Shown piece by piece: positions 50,901-59,366 of a stretch of DNA of 64,000 nt (position 1 is its first letter; each line of letters begins with the position of its first letter). The DNA comes from Bacteroidota bacterium (GTDB taxonomy: Bacteria; Bacteroidota; Bacteroidia; AKYH767-A; OLB10): positions 795 to 64,794 of the forward strand of contig JAKPPP010000195.1 of assembly GCA_029547265.1 (NCBI GenBank). The letters are read 5' to 3'. The position numbers and the translations under genes are program-made. The notes under the pieces were generated by a model, which was given only the letters and a program-made list of their open reading frames with translations, was not told the origin of the DNA and searched no databases.

Positions 50901-51845
50901 CTAGAAAAACACCGGATAACCTTTTAATTCCCCGTCTTGGCTAAGGCGGAGTGCAGGTGCCGGAACTTTTATGAATCCGAATACTTTCTTGAGTGCATTT
51001 ACTGCGCCCCATTTTGTTTTAATGCGCGTGATATCAATATCAGGGCTTAAATAAAAAAATCGTTGACGATAGAAATTCGGTACTGCCTTGCCGTTATATT
51101 CGCTTAAATTCGTTTCAGCTCCCACCATCCCCTCTGCGCCTATTCCAACAGCCATGTTCAACCAGGAAGGAAACTTAGATTCTTTATTTAAAAACGATTT
51201 AATATTGGCAGACAACCAATACGTTTGTCCGTTGTAATCTTTCAATAATTTCTCTTGAAAATTCGAGCCTAATAAATTCGGATTGTATTGCGGATACTTC
51301 GTATCGTGATAAGTGATTTTATAGGTAATCCTTTGCTCTTTCCACATCAATTCTTGAGAGAGATATAATCCGGCTCCAAGGGTATTGGCAGTGATATCGC
51401 CCACCGAGAATCCCCATTGTTTGCTAAAGCCATCCATGATCTCAATCGACAATTGAAATCCGTAGCCAACAGCAGTTCCAATTATTGCTGCTTTTTTATC
51501 CTTCACTCCCGACCATTTCAAAACATCCCCGCTCCATCTCGAAATATAATATGCAGAGCCAACATGTCCGAGTTTATCCATTTGCATCCACTCTTTCGTG
51601 TCGTTAAAGAAGTGAAACGATGATTGCGGATAGTTTTTATACCACAAGCTATACAAGCCATACATCCCACCTGTATAAGCTACCGCCGATGTTACAATAA
51701 TTACACTTCCTCTCTTCGGATGATAAACATCGGCCTTGTCCCAGAACTTTAATGTATCCGTTTGGGCGTAGGCGGAGGGTATAAAAAAGAGAATCACCGC
51801 CACGATGGCAGTGATTCTCACAGTGTATTTATAAATAGCGTGCAT
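50901..51845 (-). CDS. Hypothetical membrane/periplasmic protein
   Basis: 314 aa with an N-terminal TM/signal sequence and an aromatic-rich composition. It could be DUF2279-like, but no motif was verified. Confidence 0.35.
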   Translation of the reverse strand: MHAIYKYTVRITAIVAVILFFIPSAYAQTDTLKFWDKADVYHPKRGSVIIVTSAVAYTGGMYGLYSLWYKNYPQSSFHFFNDTKEWMQMDKLGHVGSAYYISRWSGDVLKWSGVKDKKAAIIGTAVGYGFQLSIEIMDGFSKQWGFSVGDITANTLGAGLYLSQELMWKEQRITYKITYHDTKYPQYNPNLLGSNFQEKLLKDYNGQTYWLSANIKSFLNKESKFPSWLNMAVGIGAEGMVGAETNLSEYNGKAVPNFYRQRFFYLSPDIDITRIKTKWGAVNALKKVFGFIKVPAPALRLSQDGELKGYPVFF

Positions 51846-51858
51846 CAGTGCTACGCTT

Positions 51859-53265
51859 TTAGTTCAATAAATCAGCCTTTGCCGCATTTAAGATATCAAA
51901 CGCAGCTTCTTTTGTACTCGACTCGGCATAGGTACGAAGTACAGGTTCAGTTCCTGAAGCTCGGATCATTAACCAATCACCGTTTTCGAAGAAATATTTG
52001 TATCCATCTAAATCTTCTGTACGAGCAATTTTATATTTACCGAAGTGAGTATATTTTCCTCCGATACAGTTTTGAAGAATACGTTGTTTTACTTCTTCTT
52101 TCAAATGTAAATCGTTACGCTCGAATGAGAATGGTCCAACAATTTCATACACTTCATTGATAAGATCATCAAGTGTTTTTCCACTCTTCGCCATGAATTC
52201 CCAAATGGTTAACCCCATCCAGATTCCGTCGCGCTCAGGGATATGGCCTTTAATAGCAATACCGCCCGACTCTTCACCACCTAATAATACATCTTCTTTA
52301 ATCATGATTTCAGCAATGTATTTGAATCCGATTTTCACCGTTTCAATTTCGATGCCGTAGAATTTACAAAGCTTCTCTACTTTAGGAGTTGTTGAGAATG
52401 CAGTACAAACTTTCCCTGTTTGTCCTTTGTATTTATGTAGATAGTGAATCAATAATAAAATGATGTGGTGCGAATCCACAAAATTTCCTTTTCCATCATA
52501 GAATCCGATACGGTCAGCATCTCCATCAGTTACTAATCCCGAATCAATATTTCCGGCATTCTTAATTAAGTTGCTGAACTCAGTTAAGTTCTTATGAATC
52601 GGCTCAGGAGCTTGGCCCATGAACGAAGGATTATAATCGCAGTGAAGCATAGTGATTTCAGGAAGTAAACGCTTGATTACGTTTTGTCCTGCTCCATACA
52701 TTGCATCGTAAGCTAATTTTAATCCTGAGTTACGGATAGCATCTAAATCGAAATTCGCTTTTACATGATCGCAATACATCGTTTCAAGATCGATGCCGTC
52801 TAACATACCGCTTTTCTCGAATTGCTCGATATCCATTGCAGCATGATTTACCGTGCATTTCTCAGGAATCAAATCTTCGATTTCTGCTACGTGCGATGGT
52901 AACAAAGGACCACCATAATGGCCTTTTAATTTAAATCCGTTATACTCCGGAGGATTATGACTTGCGGTAATAATAATACCTAAATCTTTCTTTAATCGAA
53001 CAGCACCTAAGCTGATCATAGGAGTTGATACAAAACCTTTCGACATCGACACTTTCACGCCCATCGAACACATCACCTTAGCGATTGTATCGCAAAACAA
53101 TGCTCCGGCAAAGCGGCAGTCGTGACCTAAAACGATTGTAGGGTTAGGTTTGCTTTGTAGTAACCATTTCGCAGTTCCTTCTGCTACTCGGGCAACATTT
53201 TCAACAGTAAAATCCTGTGCAATGATAGCTCTCCAGCCATCTGTTCCAAATTTAATCTTTGTCAT
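51859..53265 (-). CDS. Phosphoglucomutase/phosphomannomutase-family enzyme
   Basis: 468 aa. GIIITASHNPPEYNGFK is the phosphoserine loop of alpha-D-phosphohexomutases, and the Mg loop DGDADR is present. Confidence 0.85.
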   Translation of the reverse strand: MTKIKFGTDGWRAIIAQDFTVENVARVAEGTAKWLLQSKPNPTIVLGHDCRFAGALFCDTIAKVMCSMGVKVSMSKGFVSTPMISLGAVRLKKDLGIIITASHNPPEYNGFKLKGHYGGPLLPSHVAEIEDLIPEKCTVNHAAMDIEQFEKSGMLDGIDLETMYCDHVKANFDLDAIRNSGLKLAYDAMYGAGQNVIKRLLPEITMLHCDYNPSFMGQAPEPIHKNLTEFSNLIKNAGNIDSGLVTDGDADRIGFYDGKGNFVDSHHIILLLIHYLHKYKGQTGKVCTAFSTTPKVEKLCKFYGIEIETVKIGFKYIAEIMIKEDVLLGGEESGGIAIKGHIPERDGIWMGLTIWEFMAKSGKTLDDLINEVYEIVGPFSFERNDLHLKEEVKQRILQNCIGGKYTHFGKYKIARTEDLDGYKYFFENGDWLMIRASGTEPVLRTYAESSTKEAAFDILNAAKADLLN

Positions 53266-53326
53266 CTTAATGTGGTATTGGGGGGTAATTGGAGGGTTAT
53301 ACGGAAAACTTAAATTTTGGTTGCTA

Positions 53327-53402
53327 TTTATAAATTGATGATAGATATTAGATGATAGATGTTAGATGTTAGATGTTCGTCTATTGTCTATTGCCTATCG
53401 TC
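53327..53402. repeat. Tandem short-repeat array: gatgatagat x2, (AGATGTT)x3, (TCTATTG)x3 including the direct repeat tctattgcctat x2
   Basis: Read directly from the sequence. It lies 60-140 nt upstream of the start codon of the minus-strand phosphohexomutase gene. Confidence 0.8.
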
Positions 53403-53416
53403 TATTGCCTATTTCA

Positions 53417-54514
53417 TCAATAGTATTTCACGAAATCGTTAATTTTATTCCAATCATACGTCTGAAGAGCTTTCTGATAAATAAACGATTGTGATCTCAC
53501 TACTTCTTGGTTGTTAATGCTAAGGATATTGAAAGCAAAGTCCTTCCCTCTGATATACTCAATCCAATTTCTGTCTTCTACCATCACTTCCATTTTCATC
53601 ATGTCCTTATAAAGGATTTCGTTCAACGGAGTATCGTTTATATAGATCGTTATTCCTGAAGGGTCGTAGCCGACAGAATTATTTACTTTCTTCCACAACT
53701 CACTCACTTGAATTCGCGTTATCTTCCATTTTCCTTTTTGAAGATGTGTCTGGATTTTATCTCCTCCAAGGTTAAAGAGTTGCTCTTCGTTTTCGTAAAG
53801 ATATTTAGTTATTGCATTTACCAGCTTCCTCGAACTATCGGCTTTTGCACCGGTCAATGTTGATGCAAAGTCCAACGACCAAACAACCATTTTCTGTGGA
53901 ATTTCAGTAGCACTGAATGATGTTGTGTTGAACTTATTGGTCCCGATAAAGTCGTCTTTTATCTTTTTTGAATCGGAGGCATTATCGATAACTTTTCCCG
54001 CAAACTGAAGGATCTTATAATTGTAGTTCTTCGAGTAAATATAGTTCGCCAAGTTGGCATTGTAGTTCCCGTTAGCATTGGTATTTATACGATAACGTAG
54101 ACATACATCTTGAAGATCGTTATAATCTACGTAACCATAAGCTACTTCTTCGCCGTTGGCTGATTTATTCGAGAATAAAAATCCTTGAGTAGCACTTTTT
54201 AAATCGCGGTTGCTATTGGTCCATGTTTCATAAATAAACACTACTTCTTGATTCACAAACTGAGTCGCCGACGACTTTTCTATTGCTTGTAAACTCGACG
54301 GAAAAATTTGAATCTCCTTCGCCGGTGAATCCCATAATTTAGCTTTTCCGTTAACAATGGCTTCATAGGAAATCCGTGTTAACTCTTTTACAAAATTACA
54401 TCCGGTACTATCTTCTTGCTCCGATGCCGTTGCTCGCAGGATTACAGGAATTTGCGCTTCGGCAATTCCGCAAATCAAACAATTTAGCAGTATGAAAACT
54501 AAAATTCTACGCAT
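53417..54514 (-). CDS. Hypothetical secreted protein
   Basis: 365 aa with a signal peptide and an N/Y/K-rich composition. No motif was found. Confidence 0.35.
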   Translation of the reverse strand: MRRILVFILLNCLICGIAEAQIPVILRATASEQEDSTGCNFVKELTRISYEAIVNGKAKLWDSPAKEIQIFPSSLQAIEKSSATQFVNQEVVFIYETWTNSNRDLKSATQGFLFSNKSANGEEVAYGYVDYNDLQDVCLRYRINTNANGNYNANLANYIYSKNYNYKILQFAGKVIDNASDSKKIKDDFIGTNKFNTTSFSATEIPQKMVVWSLDFASTLTGAKADSSRKLVNAITKYLYENEEQLFNLGGDKIQTHLQKGKWKITRIQVSELWKKVNNSVGYDPSGITIYINDTPLNEILYKDMMKMEVMVEDRNWIEYIRGKDFAFNILSINNQEVVRSQSFIYQKALQTYDWNKINDFVKYY

Positions 54515-54555
54515 TCTTATGTAACGGGTGGTTTCCCCAAATCTAACTATAAATT

Positions 54556-54960
54556 TTAGAACAATGTAGCTCCGCCTTTTCTACGAAACACCAGCTTTAA
54601 TGCCGACCACGTATCATCAACGGATGCCACTTTCACATCCACTAACCCCAAAGGTAGTGCCACTTTTCTTATCATGTCTTCGTTAACATCAGTTTTAGCA
54701 TACTTATCTTTTTTCTGCCAACTTACCCATACCATTCCCCAAGGCGATACGCTGTAAACGCTTTCTTTCAATAAGGTCTCTAACTCTTCTTTGTTGTTAA
54801 CGTAAAGATGAATCAAATCAAATCTTCCCGCACTCAATGAAGGATATTCTTTTTGCATGCCTACCGTTCCGCCCAACACGGTAAAATAATCGTCGGGAGG
54901 ATTAACTACAGCAGCCACTGTTTCATTGGTGAGTCCGAGTTTTTCGTATAGTTGTTTCAT
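54556..54960 (-). CDS. Hypothetical small cytoplasmic protein (DUF3052-like)
   Basis: 134 aa. It overlaps the upstream hexapeptide-protein gene by 4 nt. Confidence 0.35.
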   Translation of the reverse strand: MKQLYEKLGLTNETVAAVVNPPDDYFTVLGGTVGMQKEYPSLSAGRFDLIHLYVNNKEELETLLKESVYSVSPWGMVWVSWQKKDKYAKTDVNEDMIRKVALPLGLVDVKVASVDDTWSALKLVFRRKGGATLF

Positions 54961-55556
54961 GACTTTTTAGTGGTCATCCAGGTTTTATAAATATCTTGTT
55001 GCTGGGGACGATCAGCAGGCACTTCTCGCAATGGCTCACATTCTTTTAATGTTGCATATAACTCCGATGGTAATTGCTGGTACAGCTCTGTCCCTCGTGT
55101 CTTCCATGCAATCATTTCATCCGTCATGGTTTTGATAATCTTCGCAGGATTACCAACCGCAATGCTCCTCTCAGGAATTTGCATTCCCTCCGGTACAAAT
55201 GCCAAGGCACCGATAATTGAATTTTCTCCCACCTCCACTCTATCCATCACAACAGCATTCATTCCCACCAGCACATTTTTTCCGATGATGGCTCCATGTA
55301 TAATAGCTCCATGTCCGATATGTGCACTCTCTTTTAAATGAACGGTTTGTCCGGGGAACATATGCAACGTACAATTCTCTTGTACATTACATCCATCTTC
55401 AATAATAATAGCGCCCCAATCACCGCGAAGCGCCGCGCCCGGTCCTATATACACATCCTTGCCGATAATTACATTACCTGTAACTGCAGCTTGGGGATGA
55501 ACAAAAGCACTGGGATGAACTACGGGTATATAACCGTTGAATTCATATATTGCCAT
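54957..55556 (-). CDS. Gamma-carbonic-anhydrase-like / hexapeptide transferase family protein
   Basis: 199 aa with a left-handed beta-helix hexapeptide pattern and conserved His residues (HMFPG, HGAIIHG). Confidence 0.8.
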   Translation of the reverse strand: MAIYEFNGYIPVVHPSAFVHPQAAVTGNVIIGKDVYIGPGAALRGDWGAIIIEDGCNVQENCTLHMFPGQTVHLKESAHIGHGAIIHGAIIGKNVLVGMNAVVMDRVEVGENSIIGALAFVPEGMQIPERSIAVGNPAKIIKTMTDEMIAWKTRGTELYQQLPSELYATLKECEPLREVPADRPQQQDIYKTWMTTKKS

Positions 55557-55572
55557 AACGGTGATGTATATA

Positions 55573-57207
55573 CTAAGTTTGAATTACGCCAACATTATAT
55601 GGCTTTTCGATGGGTGCATGGTTCGACATTTCTATTCCCATTGATATCCACTTTCGTGTTTCCAACGGATCAATAATGGCGTCGATCCATAATCGCGATG
55701 CCGCGTAATATGGCGATGTTTGGCTGTTATATCGATCGGTGATGGTCTTCAACAATTCTTTCTCTTCTGCCTCGGTAATTTCTTTCCCTTGGGCTTTGAG
55801 TGTCGATGTTTGTATTTGCAATAATGTTTTCGCTGCTGACGCCCCACTCATTACCGCCAACTGAGCATTGGGCCATGAAGCGATCAAGCGAGGATCATAC
55901 GCTTTTCCGCACATGGCATAGTTTCCTGCACCATACGAATTACCGACAATCAACGTGAACTTCGGAACAACGGAGTTAGCCATGGCATTTACCATTTTAG
56001 CTCCGTCTTTAATAATTCCTCCATGCTCTGAGCGTGAGCCAACCATGAAACCTGTAACGTCTTGTAAAAACACCAAAGGAATTTTACGTTGATTACAGTT
56101 CATAATGAAGCGAGCCGATTTATCTGCGCTATCGCTGTAGATAACTCCTCCGAACTGCATCTCTCCTTTCTTGCTCTTCACCACTTTACGTTGGTTCGCC
56201 ACAATTCCTACTGCCCATCCGTCGATACGAGCATATCCGCAAATGATGGATTGTCCGTACTTTTCTTTATACTCATCGAACTCGCTATTATCTACTAAAC
56301 GATAAATAATCTCGTGCATGTCGAATTGCTTATCACGAGCATCCGGTAATATTCCGTAGATTTCTTTCTCATCTAACTTCGGTGCTGCAGGCGTTCCTCT
56401 ATCGAATCCCGCATCCGGCAGTCGTCCGATTTTATCCATCACTCTACGGATGTAATCGAGACATGATTTATCATCAGGGAATTTATTGTCGGTCACTCCC
56501 GATATTTCACATTGCGTTGTTGCGCCTCCTAAAGTCTCATTGTCGACATCTTCGCCGATAGCTGATTTTACGAGATATGATCCTGCTAAAAATACCGACC
56601 CTGTTTTATCAACGATCATCGCTTCATCGCTCATAATCGGAAGGTAAGCACCTCCTGCTACGCACGATCCCATGATAGCTGCAATCTGGATAATTCCCAT
56701 ACTGCTCATCACGGCATTATTACGGAACATTCTTCCGAAGTGCTCTTTATCAGGGAAAATCTCGTCTTGCATCGGCAAATACACACCGGCACTGTCAACG
56801 AGATAAATGATAGGTAGTTTATTTTCGAGAGAGATCTCTTGCGCACGCAAGTTCTTCTTTGCTGTCATAGGAAACCAAGCACCGGCTTTCACGGTAGCAT
56901 CGTTAGCAACAACAATACATTGTCGTCCCGATACATATCCGATCATCACCACTACTCCTGCTGAGGGACATCCGCCTTGCTCTTCGTACATGCCGTCGGC
57001 AGCAAAAGCACCGATTTCTATCCTCGGACTATCCTTATCGAGAAGGTAATCAATACGCTCACGAGCCAGTAATTTTCCTTTCTCATGTTGCTTAGCGGCA
57101 TTTTTCTTGCCTCCGCCTTCAGCCACCTTCGCCAATCGCATACGCATATTGCTGATCAGCGTTTTATTGTAATCTTCGTTCTTGTTGAACTCTATATTTT
57201 CTGCCAT
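55573..57207 (-). CDS. Acyl-CoA carboxylase carboxyltransferase subunit (propionyl-/methylmalonyl-CoA family)
   Basis: Two crotonase-like carboxyltransferase halves, with the biotin-facing motifs GGSAGG-like (AGGAYLP) and GxSYGAG. The start was moved to MAENIEFNK (57207). The ORF-track N-terminal extension MMNCCRSYV... overlaps the patatin gene and is unlikely. Confidence 0.85.
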   Translation of the reverse strand: MAENIEFNKNEDYNKTLISNMRMRLAKVAEGGGKKNAAKQHEKGKLLARERIDYLLDKDSPRIEIGAFAADGMYEEQGGCPSAGVVVMIGYVSGRQCIVVANDATVKAGAWFPMTAKKNLRAQEISLENKLPIIYLVDSAGVYLPMQDEIFPDKEHFGRMFRNNAVMSSMGIIQIAAIMGSCVAGGAYLPIMSDEAMIVDKTGSVFLAGSYLVKSAIGEDVDNETLGGATTQCEISGVTDNKFPDDKSCLDYIRRVMDKIGRLPDAGFDRGTPAAPKLDEKEIYGILPDARDKQFDMHEIIYRLVDNSEFDEYKEKYGQSIICGYARIDGWAVGIVANQRKVVKSKKGEMQFGGVIYSDSADKSARFIMNCNQRKIPLVFLQDVTGFMVGSRSEHGGIIKDGAKMVNAMANSVVPKFTLIVGNSYGAGNYAMCGKAYDPRLIASWPNAQLAVMSGASAAKTLLQIQTSTLKAQGKEITEAEEKELLKTITDRYNSQTSPYYAASRLWIDAIIDPLETRKWISMGIEMSNHAPIEKPYNVGVIQT

Positions 57208-57253
57208 AAAGCCTGGAACTACCTGTTTTAATAAGTCCGCAAAGATAGCCGTT

Positions 57254-58006
57254 CTAACGTAAGACCGACAACAATTCATCACGTCTTTGCATCACATGAT
57301 CATAGCCCATTTGATAAATCGTTCGGGCTTTCTGATAATCGAATATTTTAACCGAAGACAGTCCTTCCGGCTCAAGGTAAATATTACACATTTTACGACG
57401 GTGTTCGGCATTACTGTAAACACCTAATTCGAAGGATCTCTCGATCACCGACCATGTAGTTGACGGAGGAGGAATAACACCTACATGATTCACATGCATT
57501 CCTATGATTTTCAGGGCACTGCCCTCAAATGGCTCTACAGGTAAGTTGTTCATTACACCACCATCGACCAAGAATTTTCCTTCATAAGAAATAGGCTTAA
57601 ATAATCCGGGGATAGAGGCTGATGCCAACACCGGCTTGATCAATTCACCTGAATTAAACCAAACAATATTTCCGGTTAGAATGTCGGTAGCATTGATAGT
57701 TAAAGGCATCTTAAGAGCGCTAAAATCAGCAGGAAGAGCCGACCTAAAAAAGACTTCTATTTTATCCATGTTTAGAAGCCCTTTATTGAACGCCCCTCCA
57801 ACCATTTTAAAGAAATTATTCTTGATGAATAGTTCTAATATCTCTTCCGGTACATATCCCGCTGCTAAAAATGCTCCCGCCATAGCTCCGGCGCTGGTCC
57901 CACTTATCGCTACCGGCTCAAATCCTAATTCAATTAAGGCTTTTACCATTCCCGGATGAGCGAATCCACGAGCTCCGCCACCCGACAAAACAAGGTTTAC
58001 TTGCAT
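57254..58006 (-). CDS. Patatin-like phospholipase
   Basis: GGGARG oxyanion motif, the GTSAG nucleophile elbow and a downstream DGG. Confidence 0.85.
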   Translation of the reverse strand: MQVNLVLSGGGARGFAHPGMVKALIELGFEPVAISGTSAGAMAGAFLAAGYVPEEILELFIKNNFFKMVGGAFNKGLLNMDKIEVFFRSALPADFSALKMPLTINATDILTGNIVWFNSGELIKPVLASASIPGLFKPISYEGKFLVDGGVMNNLPVEPFEGSALKIIGMHVNHVGVIPPPSTTWSVIERSFELGVYSNAEHRRKMCNIYLEPEGLSSVKIFDYQKARTIYQMGYDHVMQRRDELLSVLR

Positions 58007-58061
58007 AAAAAATATTTTCGTAAAAATACTTTATTCAGTCCGATTAAAATAAATTTGAGCC

Positions 58062-58790
58062 ATGAAGAAAATAGTTTTTGCATTGATATGTCTCATATCG
58101 ATTTCGGCTTGCCAAAACAATAATGTCAAATCGACTGAAGTAGTAAATAGTGATACCGTAAAAGTTGATAATCCTGAGGAACGTCCGGAGCCGGGATTAA
58201 CGGGATTTTGGAAAGGGAAAGTAGACTTTACGGGAGGCGTTAGTCAATTCATTCAACTTCATTTATATACCGATAGCACCTATGTGCGAACGCAAATGAA
58301 CTCATCCACGGGATCGAAAAAATTCTATGAAATAGGATGCTGGAAAGTATTGTCGGACACGCTATTGATGCTCGACGGATCGGGATTGAGTGAGCAATAT
58401 ATGGCGATTAAACCGGGAATAACACTTTCGTATCGCGATCGAAATGGATTAATACCATCTAACTTAACATCTGAATTTTTCGAGAAGAAAATAGAGGTTG
58501 AAGAAGAATTACCCGGCGACTACAAATTTGAAGGATTAATCAGCTATGATAAAAAAAGTGCGAAATTCTATTTCTGCATTGCTCAACGCCGATTAGAAAT
58601 TGCTAAAACGAGTAATTACAGTTCGCTAATTGAGAACTTGAAATCGCACGGTGTTAAAGAAGGTCAAGAAACTTGGGTGCAAGTAACGGGGCATCTCGAC
58701 AATCGCGTTGCTGAGACGGAAAATGCACCTGTTCAGAAGTTTTATCCCGTGCGTATATTAAAACTCGACAGCAGCAAAACTTGTCAATAA
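58062..58790 (+). CDS. Hypothetical lipoprotein
   Basis: 242 aa with lipobox LISISAC and no catalytic motif. Confidence 0.4.
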   Translation: MKKIVFALICLISISACQNNNVKSTEVVNSDTVKVDNPEERPEPGLTGFWKGKVDFTGGVSQFIQLHLYTDSTYVRTQMNSSTGSKKFYEIGCWKVLSDTLLMLDGSGLSEQYMAIKPGITLSYRDRNGLIPSNLTSEFFEKKIEVEEELPGDYKFEGLISYDKKSAKFYFCIAQRRLEIAKTSNYSSLIENLKSHGVKEGQETWVQVTGHLDNRVAETENAPVQKFYPVRILKLDSSKTCQ

Positions 58791-58794
58791 TCTA

Positions 58795-59187
58795 TTAATC
58801 TTCGATTGACAATTCCACCATCGGATCCCAAAAAACTTTAGCGAAATTCACCACTTTATCGTTCTCCACTTTCACTCCATCTTTCAGCAGTAATTTTTCC
58901 ATTTCGTCGGAAGGACCAAAATGATGTTTACCCGTGAGTAATCCGTTTCTATTCACCACACGTTGAGCAGGCACTTTTGGCTTCACATTGTGAGCACCGT
59001 TCATGGCCCAACCAACCATTCTTGAAGAACCTTTGGCGCCCAAGTAAGCAGCAATGGCACCATAAGACGTAACGCGACCTTTGGGAATCAAGCGAACGAC
59101 GGCATAAACATCCTCGAAAAAGTTGAATAATTTGGGGTTAGTCGTCGACATAAATGCAATTATAGAACAAAATAGCAGAACTGCCAA
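58795..59187 (-). CDS. MGMT-family DNA-binding protein lacking the active-site cysteine (alkyltransferase-like, Atl-type)
   Basis: 130 aa. ...VPAQRVVNRNGLLTG... aligns with the MGMT PCHRVV motif, with Cys replaced by Ala and His by Gln. The helix-turn-helix region SYGAIAAYLG is retained. Confidence 0.7.
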   Translation of the reverse strand: MAVLLFCSIIAFMSTTNPKLFNFFEDVYAVVRLIPKGRVTSYGAIAAYLGAKGSSRMVGWAMNGAHNVKPKVPAQRVVNRNGLLTGKHHFGPSDEMEKLLLKDGVKVENDKVVNFAKVFWDPMVELSIED

Positions 59188-59366
59188 GATTGACTTTGCA
59201 GGGTAATTTTCGAATAAATCCGACTTTGTTCGAGTGAAATCAGGAATACAGTGCAGAAAAAATCAGAAAAAAACCAAAATCATACAAAAAATGTAATGAA
59301 ATCACCCAATTTACTCCACCTATATTGCCCGAAGCCGACTATATTTGCAACTCTTCGAAAAAATCT

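Noticed and set aside
53417-54514. Gliding-motility GldN-like identity for the 365-aa secreted protein
   Set aside because: The size fits, but there are no gldK, gldL or gldM genes adjacent and I verified no diagnostic motif. It is left as hypothetical.
58062-58790. NlpE-like copper-sensing lipoprotein identity
   Set aside because: It lacks the N-terminal CxxC motif characteristic of NlpE. Only the lipobox cysteine is present.
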